The notes beneath the pieces are model-generated. The model was not told where the DNA came from, did not search any database, and was given only the letters and a program-made list of their open reading frames with translations. 64,000 nt of DNA from Octopus sinensis (taxonomy: Eukaryota), in the NCBI RefSeq assembly GCF_006345805.1, contig NC_043008.1, positions 69,874,001 through 69,938,000 of the forward strand, given 5' to 3'. Positions 38,570 through 51,366 of the stretch are shown here, one piece after another. Position 1 is the first letter of the stretch; the number at the start of each line of letters is the position of its first letter. The translations under genes were made by a program, and so were the position numbers.

Positions 38570-39570
38570 TTATTTTATGTTTAATATATCATTGTCGACA
38601 TCTTGCGCTTTCTCTTCCTCATTTCTCATCATCTTTATCCTTCTTCTCCACCATTTTTTCAGCATTCCCTCTACCATCATTATTGTCATGAATATCATCA
38701 TCATGGATATCTCTGTCTTGAATATCATCATCAGCAGCAGCATCATCATAGCGATTGTTCTGACTATTTCCTCCATTTCCACGGCTCCTACTACCAACTA
38801 TAACTATTGCCAATAAAAACACCCCACCCCAATCACCGACATCATCATCAGCAGCATCAGTGCTAACACCGCCATCATCATCACCATTATTGCTATCACC
38901 ACAAACTCAACTACTACAAGTCAACAGCACCCTCACCACCAGAACTACACATTCACAAGCATTCTACCACCACCTCCATTACAATCACCACCACCACCAT
39001 TACCATCACCAACACTATTACCACCACCACCACTGTTATCATCACCACCACCATTACCATCATCAGCACCACCATCAATACCATCACCACCATTACCATC
39101 ATCACCACCACCACCATTACCACTACCACCACTACCAACACCATCACCACCACCACCATTACCAGCATCAACACCATCATCACTACCACCATCAACATCA
39201 CCACCACCAACATCATCATCAATACCATCAACTCAAACATCATATTACAACCACTATCAATGCCACGACCACTACCAGTACTACAATAGCCATTCCCTCC
39301 ACACAATTTTTCTAATTCTATACCATCACCACTGATGCTGCCATCATCATTCCCTTACCACTTTATCTATCCCTTCCATTTCACTCATCCATATTCTACC
39401 ACTGTCACTACCCCAGCCCCACTACTATCACTATATCCATTCCTTACCACTACAGCTGTACACATACCACTGTATCACTCTCTGCCATGACCACCACAAA
39501 AAATCTCACCACAGCCATCAAACGACAAAATTCATCTTTATTACCTCCACCACCACCATCACCACTATCA
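38570..39570. repeat. (CAT/CAC)n trinucleotide low-complexity tract
   Basis: caccaccattaccatcac runs; the poly-His/Val ORFs are artefacts. Confidence 0.9.
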
Positions 39571-39571
39571 C

Positions 39572-39641
39572 CAGTAATTTTGATTAAATTCGTTTATCCA
39601 TATGCTCTTGATGAACTCTTCATTATGGGTTTCTAGACCAT
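39572..39641 (-). CDS. Candidate 70-nt exon, copy B (xGLETHNEEFIKSIWINEFNQNY), unverified
   Basis: atttatttatag|ATGGTC…TTACTG|gtgata; only the phase 1-2 frame is open; 62/70 identical to copy A with no indels. Confidence 0.4.
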
Positions 39642-39900
39642 CTATAAATAAATACGATTGTTGTTATTTGTTTGTCAATTAATTAACTTCTTTTGTGTTA
39701 ATCACATCATACAAATATAACTGTATATTTGCACTAATATACTAGTCTTACTTTTACTAACATTCTATTGAACACACACACACTTACTCACTCACTCACT
39801 CACACATATACACAAAAATACTAAATTTATTCTTATAAGCTATTTATATTAATACAAACTGTATTGATATCTGGTTGATGGATACTGAAAGAAGCCTGTC

Positions 39901-39937
<37 letters not shown>

Positions 39938-40334
39938 ATACACACACATATGATAATACTTATTTTTGTACTAATACTTATTTTTGTACCAAGCTATGAA
40001 GCAATTTTACATTAGATTGAATTGAAGGATTAGTCAATAATCTTCATAAGTACGTTTTTATTATTCTTTAACAAAAGTAGTGTTGACACTGACTTCGATG
40101 TTTCAGTCTGTTTATCCTTCATTGAATATCTCATGAAGGCTAAGCAAGCCAAAACTTCAAAGTTACTGCCAGCACTTTTCTTGTTAAAGGATACTTAATA
40201 ACTCTCTCTCTCTATCTATCTATCCATCCATCTATCTGTATTGATGTTTGTTTTTATGTTCAGTTATAATAAAAACAATTTTATTGTAATATATGGTTGG
40301 GTTATGCTATACTTTTGTAGAGTACAAGTTTATT

Positions 40335-40550
40335 ATTACGGAAATGTACTTGCATAGCAAGTGACCTGATCTGAGATCGTGTGCTGGAACGAAAACAATT
40401 GCAGCGTGGAAGGTGTTTATAAGCCATTTAAGAAACATACAAAAACCATTAGATTCACTTCAACATTTAAATTTAATTTGCCAAAATATTTCATCACTTT
40501 GAGACTGCAACCTGTTCACTGACAAAATTTCATACTGCATCTCTTTGAAG
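40335..40550. repeat. Unclassified interspersed repeat, young-looking
   Basis: CpG-retaining gtacttgcatagcaagtgacctgatctgagatcgtgtgctggaacgaaaac…; family recalled from octopus sequence but unverified. Confidence 0.45.
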
Positions 40551-41276
40551 TTTATTATTCTTATAAAAGAATGTTGTTGACAGTGACTTTTAAGCTATCA
40601 TCAGACTGACAAGATAGGCACATAGATAGACAGATATTGTGTAGACACAATATCACAATGTGTAGAATTAGATGCTAATTGGATAAGTAGACAGGCTCTC
40701 TCCATTCTGACAATAATGTTTTGAGGAAACTGGTTCTGAGCTGTTTCAGCTCTAGAATAATGGCCTTTCCCACTGATGGCATTGGTGACATGGCAAAGAC
40801 TGACTTGTATGCATAGCCAACTGGAAGTCTTTCTCAAACCATCCAATTAAAACTAAGTATATTTATTCTAATATATCATCTTGCATTCACGAACACAAGG
40901 TCGTGGTTTTGATTTGCAGACCAGTGGCATATTGTGTTCTTGAGCAAAACACCTCGTTTCATGTTGCTTCTGTGCAGTCAACTGTAACTGAGTAACCCTG
41001 TGATGAAATGGCGTTCTGTTCTGGGGGAATATTGGCCTACTTGTCTGCCTGCCTGGCTAACAAGCAGGATGGCATCATTCATGAGTTACAACAATGCAAA
41101 GAAGCACATTGTGATCAGCTGTGTATCATTAACATCTGATAGTCTGGTTGATACAGTAATTACCTATATGAGCTATCTCAAGTGATGAACCACAAGATCA
41201 GGAATATCCTGGAAAACCATATTTAACCCTCCAGCATTCAGATTACTCTGTCAAATGTAATATTTATTCCCATATA

Positions 41277-41451
41277 GGTGCAGGAGTGGCTGTGTGTTAA
41301 GTAGCTTGCTTACCAACCACATGGTTCCAGGTTCATTCCCATTGCATGGCACCTTGGGCAAGTGTCTTCTACTATAGCCTCAGGCTGACCAAAACCTTGT
41401 GAGTGGATTTGGTTGACAGAAACTGAAAGAAGCCCATCGTATGTATGTGTG

Positions 41452-41484
<33 letters not shown>

Positions 41485-41712
41485 ATGTGTGTGTGTATAT
41501 ATGTTTCTGTGCCTGTGTTTGTCCCCTCAACATCGCTTGACAACTGATGCTGGTGTGTTTACGTCCCTGTAACTTAGCGGTTCGGCAAAAGAGACCAATA
41601 GAATAAGTACTAGGCGTCCATAAAATAAGTCCTGGGATCGATTTACTCGACTAAAGGCAGTGCTCCAGCATGGCCACAGTCAAATGACTGAAACAAGTAA
41701 AGGAGTAAAAGA
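41277..41712 (+). mobile_element. CORE-SINE (OR2-like), best-preserved copy
   Basis: taggtgcaggagtggctgtgtgttaagtagcttgcttaccaaccacatgg…caccttgggcaagtgtc…acttagcggttcggcaaaagagacc…gactgaaacaagtaaaggag. Confidence 0.9.
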
Positions 41713-42139
41713 GATAGTTTTTAATTAATTGTGTATTATCTGATAGCTTCAGAATTTTGATGAATGTAATTGTTTATTTCTAGAATGACATTGTAGAGTA
41801 TGTGTGAGAGGCCAAATCTGGCAGGTTTGAACACAAAACAGGTACAATGATTTGGCTGGATATGACTGTTTTAAATGTTAAAAGGTTAATGATGGCTACT
41901 TGAATCAATTCCTCTGACTGACTTTCTTATTCTCTATCCTCCTGATATTGATATATTACATAGCAGTAATGTATTAGGGAACAGTGTAAATAACTCTGTT
42001 TCAATAAGGGCTATCACTATATTGTCATATGACATGCTTGAAATGGCAACTAAATCTACCTCAAATCATACTTTCATCTAACAAAAAAATAATTAAAAAA
42101 TGGAAGAATACATTTGATTATATAGACTTAAAAAAGTGG

Positions 42140-42350
42140 TGAGCTGACGGAATCATGCATGCTGGGTAAAACACTCAATGCTTAGTGGTGTTTCATCTGT
42201 CTTGGTGGTCTGAGTTCAAATTCTGCTGTGGCCATCTTTGCCTTTCATCCTTTTGGGGTCCATAAAATAAGTACCAGTTGGATACTGGGGTCAGTGTAAT
42301 CGACTTAACCCGTCCCCCAGAATTGTTGGTTTTGTTCCAAATTTTGAAAT
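42140..42350 (+). mobile_element. tRNA-derived SINE (5049 family)
   Basis: ggtgagctgacggaatc…tctgagttcaaattc…ctttgcctttcatccttttggggtc…aagtaccagtt. Confidence 0.8.
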
Positions 42351-42529
42351 CATTATATAGTCTTAAAACCTTATTCATCCGCTGACATGGATGATAACCA
42401 AGAAACCATATTTACATATTTAAACATGGTGTACCTGACAATAAGCTGGATGGTCATGGATAGAATGTGGTTGATGATGATTTCTTTGATTTGGGGTTAT
42501 AAAGCAACAACGCCATCATCACTTTTATT

Positions 42530-42915
42530 TATTAGCACATCATCATCATCACCATCATCACTGACACAATTACTAAAATGTACACCACCACCACACCATT
42601 ACAACTACACAACTTAATTTCAACAATTACATTTCCTTTCTCCTTCTGTACCACCACCACCTCCACCACAGAAGAACTATCCTGATGAGGATGATGATGA
42701 TCATCATCAGCTCTATCATTCCTATTATTATGACTACCATCTCGAAGATGAGGAGGCAGAGGTGCATGATGATTGTCATCATCATAATCATTATCATCAT
42801 CAGCAGCAGTAGCACCACTACCACCACCATCATCACCATCATGACCATAATACTGTATTTACCACCCCCACCACCCATATTACCATCACCAGCATCACCA
42901 CCACCACTACCCACA
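42530..42915. repeat. (CAT/CAC)n low-complexity tract
   Basis: Direct reading; counterpart of 38570-39570 in the local duplication. Confidence 0.85.
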
Positions 42916-42920
42916 ATTAC

Positions 42921-42990
42921 AAGTAATTTTGATTAAATTCGTTTATCCATCTGCTCCCAATGAACTTTTCGTTATGGGTTTCTAGAACAT
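42921..42990 (-). CDS. Candidate 70-nt exon, copy A (xVLETHNEKFIGSRWINEFNQNY), unverified
   Basis: gcatgtatttatag|ATGTTC…TTACTT|gtaatt; only the phase 1-2 frame is open. Confidence 0.4.
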
Positions 42991-44506
42991 CTATAAATAC
43001 ATGCAGTTGCTGTTGTTGTTATTGCTTGTCAATTAATTAATTCTGTGTTAATCACATTATACTTACTAATGTATCAATATGTTTGTACTAACATTCATAC
43101 CAGCTACATTTATACTAATACACTATTTATTCCAACTAGTAGCTACTTGGTTAAGAAGCTTTCTTCTTACCTACATGGTTTTAGATCTAGTTTGAAAGTG
43201 TAGCACCTTGGGGCAAGCATCTTCAGCTATGGCCCTGACTTTTCCTAAGCCTTGTGAGTGGATTTGGTAGATTAAAACTCTGTATGTATGTTTGTGTGTG
43301 TGTGTGTGTGTCTTGGTAGCTTGTGGTAATAGTAAACAAGCATTGCCATCGTTTTACTATACTTGGAATTAGGTGAGAGTTAGCATCAGTCAGTACATGT
43401 AACTAGAAAATCTGCCTCAATGAGTTCTTTCGGACCCATGTAAGCACAAAATAATTGGATGTTAAAATAAAGATGATGATGATGGTGACAACAAAGATGA
43501 CGGAAGGTTTTGATATATGGCTGTGTGTTATGAAGTTTGCTTCCAAACCACTTGGTCCTCTGTTCAGCACAGCACCTTGGGCAAATGCCTTCTGTGTGTG
43601 AATTTAGTAGACAGAAACTGAACGAAGCCCATCATATATGCTTACATGTGTGTCTGTGTATATATGTATGTGGGTGACTATGTATGTTTGTAGCTTCTTG
43701 TCTTTACACCTAATAGTCATAAAATTATTGTTGTTGTCATACAAGCAGGGTATTCAATTGCAGTATTCTGTGAGTACATATGCATGTTTGGCCAGGGTGA
43801 AACAGTGTTACCTTATTTGGAAACAAGTGAGGGTTAGCAACAGGAAGGCCATCTGGCCAGAAGATAACCTGCCTCAATACACTATGTCTGACTGATGCAA
43901 GCATAGAAAAGTGAACGTTAAAATGATGATATCACTGTAACTCTTTAGCATTTAAACTGGCCACCACCGGCCTAAATATTCTGCTGGCTTTATATTGGGA
44001 CTGGCCATATTCAGCCTCTCCTGCCTTATAATATCTTCTAAAAATAAATAATCACTTCATTGAAATTTAAAAGTTGTGATATAATGCACTGGTAATTCAT
44101 AACAATGCAAATAAATAAGCATTACATTGGACAAAATAATCTGAATGCTTAAAGGGTTAAAACATGAAGTTTGTATCCAAGAACCAGGAGCTGTCTCAGG
44201 TGAATCAGTTTCAAAAGAGTTAAACAATCAGATCAATGTAATCATCCCACCATCATCATCATCATCATTGTCATCATCAATATAATCATCATCATAAACA
44301 ACATTGCCCATCACTATTTTAGCATGTTTGCAAAACTTTATTTCAGGTTATGGGTCGGATAGGTTTGTATTTCATTCTCTCATATTTTTATTGAAAGTGC
44401 CTGCTTCTTTTTTTTTAAAAAAAAAGTGAGAAAATAATTATAATAACTGAAATGAAATAAAATAATGCCAAAATGCTAATTATTGTTTTTTTTTTTGGTC
44501 TTACAG

Positions 44507-44590
44507 GTAGGCAGACATTTCAACTCGCAACACATAACACTCAACTGAAATTACCCAAACTTATGGAACTAGAATTTCAAGACTTACCAG
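44507..44590 (+). CDS. Candidate 84-nt symmetric exon (GRQTFQLATHNTQLKLPKLMELEFQDLP), unverified
   Basis: gctaat branch, poly-T tract, ttacag| acceptor, CAG|gtgact donor, open phase 1-1 frame. Confidence 0.25.
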
Positions 44591-44659
44591 GTGACTTCAC
44601 ATACCATTATTTTAAGTATTGTCTGATTTCTGTGACTGCTAAGTTTCTGTGGCAATGCT

Positions 44660-45096
44660 TATATATATACATATGTGTGTGCATGTATATATGTGTGTAT
44701 ATATATAAACATATATATACACACATATACATACACATATACATGTATGTGTGTGCATATATATATGTATATATATATGCACACATGTGCATGCATATAT
44801 AAACATATATTCACATGCATACATATATATATATATATATACATATTTAAATGCATATATACTTACCTACATATATATTGTTTCTCTGCTTCTTTTGTCT
44901 TTTCATTTCATTGGCTGCTTTCAGTATTTTCTTCAATTTTCTTTTTCTATATACATACTTACATGCAAACATATATATATATATATATATAATATATAAA
45001 CACATTTTTATATATATATATATAAACACATTTTTATATATATATATATATAAACACATTTTTATATATATATATATATATTATATATATAAACAC

Positions 45097-45181
<85 letters not shown>

Positions 45182-45210
45182 CACATTTTTATATATATAT
45201 ATATAAACAC

Positions 45211-45246
<36 letters not shown>

Positions 45247-45310
45247 ACATTTTATATATATATAATATATATATATATATAAACACACACATATATATAT
45301 ATATAAACAC

Positions 45311-45394
<84 letters not shown>

Positions 45395-45410
45395 ACATTT
45401 ATATACATAC
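44660..45410. repeat. Minisatellite of aaacacatttt + (TA)n units (about a dozen)
   Basis: Repeated ataaacacattttatatata from ~44995 to 45400, preceded by a (TA/CA) tract. Confidence 0.9.
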
Positions 45411-45486
45411 TCACACATTCTATTATGTTTGCAAGTAGTTGTAGTTGTAGAAGTAGTACAAATGATGAAAATATTACACAATACAT
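45411..45486 (-). CDS. Candidate first coding exon resembling a signal peptide ([25 protein letters not shown]), unverified
   Basis: ATG at 45486, hydrophobic core, three overlapping donors (gtgtga, gtgagt, gtatgt); the gtatgt donor is phase 1 and joins the 70-nt exons in frame. Confidence 0.3.
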
Positions 45487-47766
45487 CTAATTGTCTAAAA
45501 TATTAGTTTAAAACTGTTTTGATTATATATACCATCTCCTTCATTGACTGTATTATTGCTATGTCACTGTCTTTTACCTTTTCAGTGTTGCCAGTCATCA
45601 CTTCCTCTCACTTCCAATTCAGATTTATCTTTGAACTCACCTCCACTTTTGTTCCCAATTCACTATATTTACTCCCTATCCTTACATCATCTCTAAACAT
45701 TTCTCAATCCTCTATACACTCTTATAATTTCTCTCTACCTTTTCTGTGTTTTTTTTTTTTCCCCCTTTATAGTCTATTCTCTTCGTACCTTGCAATGTCA
45801 CCTTGCCACCACCATCTTTATCTCCCTTTCCAGCTCCATCCCAGTTACCCCTGTCTTCTCTTATGTAATGCAAGTCAACCATGTTCTCCTCTGCAGCAAA
45901 AAACATCTTCATTTAAAATTTAATCTCTCAATACCTAACATAAAACTGCCTGCCTCTCTCCTGTAATCTCTCTAAGTAGAGGAGGTCTTGTAACTTAGAT
46001 GATAACCGCACTAATGCTGGTGCTATGAAATATATCAGCCAGTACATTTTGACAAGTGGTTGGTATTAGGGGAAAACATAGACTTCAAACTGTTGCATTT
46101 AAATTTCTGAAAAAATTTTAAATATTGTGGTTCTGTGAGACATCAATATGCATTGAAATTTTACGTGTTGAATAAGTTACAGAAAATATTATGCAACCTT
46201 TGTAGTCCCTATTGAAATGACAAACAATAATTAGTCAAAAGAATGCTTGGCTATTATTGTTAGTAAGTTATATGAGCACATACAAGGTCCCTCACATCAA
46301 ATTTCTTTTGGGACTTTATTGAACCTCTTAATTTGAGTGACTGTTTAGAGAATAGCATATGTATAGAACCATATAGCCCCTAGGGGTGCTGGAAAATTTT
46401 ACATGGGTACTGGTGACAAAGAACCAGTGGAGGTTGATAGATGGTAGGTGCATCTATGCAGGTTTTTTATGTTTGTTTCCTATTTAAATATTCCCTTTAA
46501 TATGATTTAAATATCATGATAAACTGCTTCTTAGCCATAATTATAAAAACTATAACAGTGATGACAACATTAACAATAATAATAGATTAGAAATGTGAGT
46601 AAATTTCCAACAATAAATAGATACTCCTCAAGTACATAGATTATAAACAAATTAAAATAAAATTTAAGAGACTGTCAAAATTTTGAGTATTTCCATACAT
46701 GCAACCAAGACAATCACTGTACCTTTAGCATTAGATTTTGTCCTGACTTGTATCAATACACTTGTCAATATGTACATGCTTGAACATGGTTGATTCTAGC
46801 AATGAGTAACATGTGTTAATCTCATAAACTACCCACACTTATAAATAGATGTGTGTAAACTTCCACATGGGTTGAGAAATCAGTGTGTGTGTGTTTAAAT
46901 ATAGAAATTACAACTGTAAATAGAAATACAAAAACAAATTTCAACTGGTAACTATAAGGGCATATTTATCATATTTTTGTGTATAAAAGACGGAAGTGAA
47001 AATAACACAGAAGCAAATCTAAGACATTTCAATTTAAGAGGGAATTTAATAAGACATGTTCTTGACCCCAAGACAGATGATAAACTGTTTTTACTTCAAA
47101 TTTTTATAAATTTTTCCTGATATTTGATAGATGAGATTCATCAAAATCGGTAATGTTTTCTTTATATAATTTTTAAAAATCATTTTTATTAAATTCTCTC
47201 TTGAATTTAAATGTCCTAGATTTACTTCTGTGCTATTTCCACCTCCATTTTTTATATATAAAAATTTGATTTGTATAGATCTCTAATCTTTTCCCAACTA
47301 TATATATAAACATAATTAAAGGATAAAATCATTAAAAATCAATGAATTTTATCAGTGGCCGGCATATAAAAAAACCTTTTTAGGTAAAATACATATGTAG
47401 ATATATAATTATATAGAATATAATTAAAATTCTCTCTCTCCCTCTCTCCCTTAAGCTCAAAGATGGGGTCAGTTACTAAGTTCAAACACTGATGTATTAT
47501 ATACATGCTTATCGTCACCTGTTTCAAATTATTTCTTGAAACTAAGTTAGTTTAGTCTTATATTACCTGCATGCACATTAAAAATAGCAGTGGTGATGTT
47601 CAAGAGACATTGATAAAGTGTTAATAAAAGTAAATGGGCAATAATTAGAAAGTTTGAGAAGCACCAATATACAAGTTTCTTGTTTAACTGATTGTTCTTT
47701 TATTCTTTTACGTGTTACATTCATTGGAATGTGGAAATACTGGGGAGCTACCTGAAGGGTTTTAAT

Positions 47767-48451
47767 CAGTGTTTCTAAACCTATTTTCTCCTGAGCCCCA
47801 CTGTGACTTTCCTGAAAAATGTATGTCTCACTGGCAGTCATAAAAAAAAAAATCTATTTTTAACTACGTATATTTAGATATAAAGTAACTTTTTTTTTCA
47901 TAAGCATTGAAATGTGTATTGTATGATAAAAATAAAATGCTAATTTTACTGAATGCAGAAATGCAGTTAGAATGGCAGAAATATTGGGTAAACTACTTTT
48001 GCAAAGCAGAAAAACAGCCATGAGACTTGAAGCCACATCCCTCAAAGATTCCAACTGAGTGCTTTACCATTAAGCTAAGCTACCCACTGACACATTTATC
48101 CACAAATTTAAACATTATAAAGCTAAATGCACAACTACGAGTATATAAATTAGCAGTCGGAAAAAAGCAATTTATTTTTCATATTTCATAATTATATACT
48201 TTTTATAAAGAAATATCCACACTAGGGCATTAGAATAGCACTTATACTGAAGCAAACAGCCTTCATACAATATGCTTGGCTGGAAGGATTGGTTTGGCTT
48301 GGCTGAGTATAGGTGTAGTATGTTTGCTGTGGAAAAAAGATTTTCACAATTCCGTGACCCACTAAAAAAGAAAAAAATTTGGGTTCCACATCCCACCACA
48401 ATTTTCCCAGGCCCCACTAGTGGGGTGTGTGCCCTATGTTGGGAATCACTG
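47767..48451. mobile_element. hAT (Charlie-like) non-autonomous element
   Basis: Termini cagtgtttctaaac / gttgggaatcactg; flanks gttttaat / gttcagat look like a degenerate 8-bp TSD (5/8). Confidence 0.6.
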
Positions 48452-48469
48452 GTTCAGATGAACAAGTCA

Positions 48470-48760
48470 TCTCAGTACTTATTTTAAGTCTAGCACTTAT
48501 TCTGTCAGTCTCTTTCTTGCCAAACCACTAAGTTACGAGAACATAAACAAACTACATTTCTTGTCAAATGGTAGAGGATAAGAATACACCACACACACAC
48601 ACACATGATGGCTACCACAATTTTCTTCAACCAAATTCAGTTAAAAGGTATTGGTCAGCCCCAGGCTATAGTAGAAGACACTTGCCAAAGGTACTATGTA
48701 GTAAGACTGAACACAAAATCACATGGTTACAAAATAAACTTCTTAAGTACACAGTCATAT
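48470..48760 (-). mobile_element. CORE-SINE (OR2-like), degenerate
   Basis: cttattctgtcagtctc…ccactaagttacg…ggctatagtagaagacacttgcc. Confidence 0.7.
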
Positions 48761-49170
48761 CTGTGATTATAGCTATGCTAGTGATAACAAAGAAGATAGT
48801 TTAAGTGACTCTGTAAAAGATATTTTGAGTTACTCTATAAAAGCTTAATTGACTCTATATATAGTTTAATTGACTCTATAAAAAGATAGATGAATTGATT
48901 ATATAAAAAGTTGATTGAAGTGACTGTATAGAAGCTTGTCTGGTGGATCCTGGGGATATAGGTGCTACATTGAGCTATCAAACAATTAGGTTAGTGCTTG
49001 TTAGTTATTTCCTTCAGATTTTGGGCATATAACATTATATAATGTTTTAAAACATTTGGAATGAACTGATGGATCTATCTAGCACTCTAGATAAAGCATG
49101 TTTCCAATCTAGTCTAAGATTTTTAAGTGCTACCAAGCCAATCCAATCAAATCGACAGAGATGACAGACA

Positions 49171-49232
49171 TCATAAGAAGAAGTTGCAGCAGCATATTTC
49201 ATCTCTACCCTTTCTGCCCAAACAGGCGCCAT
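49171..49232 (-). CDS. Candidate terminal exon (xGACLGRKGRDEICCCNFFL*), unverified
   Basis: Very long pyrimidine tract, tctaac branch, caacag|AT acceptor; CpG-retaining, GC-richer island. Confidence 0.3.
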
Positions 49233-49739
49233 CTGTTGCCAAGTTAGAAACAAACAAACAATGAAACAAGAATATAAACAACAAAACAAAAATAAAAAAA
49301 GGAAAGAAAATAAGACATACAGACATAATAAGCAAATTCAATGTGGAAAATCCACTAAAATCAGCTGCAAAGTTACTTTAGTTAGCTGCAAAACCATGGA
49401 AATCAGTAAGTGGGTGGCTGGAAAAGAAGGTGGCTAGGAGAAAATGGGTGGGTGTGAGAAAGAAAGTGGGTATATGTAAAGAGGAGAGTGGTGGAGGAAA
49501 ATAGTGGCTATAAGAGTGGGTTAGGGTGGATATAAGAATGAGGATAGATGTGAGAAAGAGGGTGGCTGAGAAAGACAGTGACTGCGAGAAAAACTGGCTG
49601 TGAGAGAGATCATGGGTCTGCAAATGAGGGTGGATGATGGCGGGTGGGGACAAAGTAGAAGAGACAGGAGTCAATTATGTAACTACAGTAATAAATTTCT
49701 ACAATATCTAATGTAAAAGATGAAGTTGAAATACTTTTG

Positions 49740-50305
49740 TCTGTGTGTGTTATGTGTGTGTTATGTGTGTGTATTGGTGTGCATTATTATATCGGTCTGT
49801 TGACATGTGTGTGGTTCTGTGTGTCATGTATACGTGGTTGCAGCTGGGTGTGTGTTTTTGTGAATGTTGATGTGTGAGCTGGTATATATGTGTGTGTGTG
49901 TATGTTTGGCTCTGTGTATCATGTATGTGTGGTGGTAGTTTTGTGTTTCTGTGAATGTTGGTGTGAGCTGATATATATATATATATGTGTATGTGTGTGT
50001 GTATGTGTGTGTGTATGTATACATGTGTGTGTGTGTGTATATATACATGTGTGTGTATTGGTGTGTGTTGTTATATAAGTTTGTTGACATGTGGCTCTGT
50101 GTATCATGTATGCATGGTAGTAGTTGTGCGTGTGTTTCTGTGAATATTGGTTTGTGAGCTGGTGTGTGTGTTGGTTGCTGTAGGGTGGCTGGTGAAGTGT
50201 GAGTTGATGTGTCAATGTGTGTGGTAGTGTGTGAGTGTATGTATTGGTGTATGTGTGTGTGTGGTAGTGTGTGAGTGTATGTATTGGTGTATGTGTGTGT
50301 GTGTA
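49740..50305. repeat. GT-rich degenerate tandem duplication (ggctctgtgtatcatgtatg…gtgaatgttggtgtgagctg about three times)
   Basis: Units at ~49810, ~49905 and ~50090. Confidence 0.7.
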
Positions 50306-50307
50306 AC

Positions 50308-50363
50308 CTGACGGTGCACCAAATTGCTGCATGTTGCCAGTGTTTGACAGACGAAATGGATAA
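50308..50363 (-). CDS. Candidate 56-nt exon (YPFRLSNTGNMQQFGAPS), unverified
   Basis: Acceptor tttttcttgttctacactttctcatctag|, donor CAG|gttaca; phase 2-1, in frame with 49171-49232. Confidence 0.25.
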
Positions 50364-50798
50364 CTAGATGAGAAAGTGTAGAACAAGAAAAACAAAAACA
50401 TTGGGTAGATGCTAATGATGAAGGGAAATGGTAGGATGTGGCATGTCTGAGTAGGCGACAAACAGACAGAAAGTTGCTAAGCGAGAAAGAAAGACAGATA
50501 GAAAGAAATAAAGAAGTAAATAAAAAGAAAACGAAAATGGTTTATTGTTAAGGTAGCTAAGTAACAAGACAAATGGAGGAGGGTATTTTGAAGTAAGCAT
50601 ATGGTACATGTCTTAAAACATGGTGGTGATGAGGGCGATGTGGGCAGTGATGATGAAGGTGATGCTGATGATGTTGTTGTAAACATTGACATGAAGATGA
50701 TGTCTCAGTATAGCATGCTCCACTAAACTGAAAGCTAGAATGTGTATAAGGCTGTGTGTTTGTATATATATATGTGTGTGTGTGTGTGTGTGCTTGTG

Positions 50799-50809
<11 letters not shown>

Positions 50810-50829
<20 letters not shown>

Positions 50830-51300
50830 TTAATATCTATTTTCCATGCTGACATGGGTTGGACAGTTTGATAGGAGTTGGCCAGCTGGGGAGCTGTCCA
50901 GCTTCCAATTGTCTGTTTTGGCATGATTTCCATGGCTGGATGCCTTTCCTAACACCAGCCGCTTTACAGAGCATGCTGGGTGCTTTTATGTGGAACCAGC
51001 ATGAGTGCATATTACGTGGCACCAGCACGAGTGCATTTTACAAGCCACCAATACTTACAAGACAAGAACCTCTCAGCTGGTAGAGAGAGTGAGGGCATGC
51101 CCATAACGGAAAATGCCATAAAGGACATGTTTGTATATATAAATGGTTGTGATTTTAATTAGTTTGGTGTATCTTCTCAAGTACAGCAAATTGCCAGAAG
51201 TCTCCTCAATGAGGCCCAGCATCTGAAGATGCTTTATCACCACTTCGTCCCATGTTTTCCCGGGTCTACTCTTTCAACAGGTTCTTTCCACAATTAAAGA
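50810..51300 (-). mobile_element. Highly 5'-truncated RTE copy
   Basis: Tail ttccatgctgacatgggttggac plus C-terminal SRPGKTWDEVV relic. Confidence 0.75.
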
Positions 51301-51322
51301 TCAGTACGTGGGTATATATGTA

Positions 51323-51366
<44 letters not shown>

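Noticed and set aside
38860-39315. Poly-histidine ORF
   Set aside because: Trinucleotide low complexity; open on both strands, with no splice or homology support.
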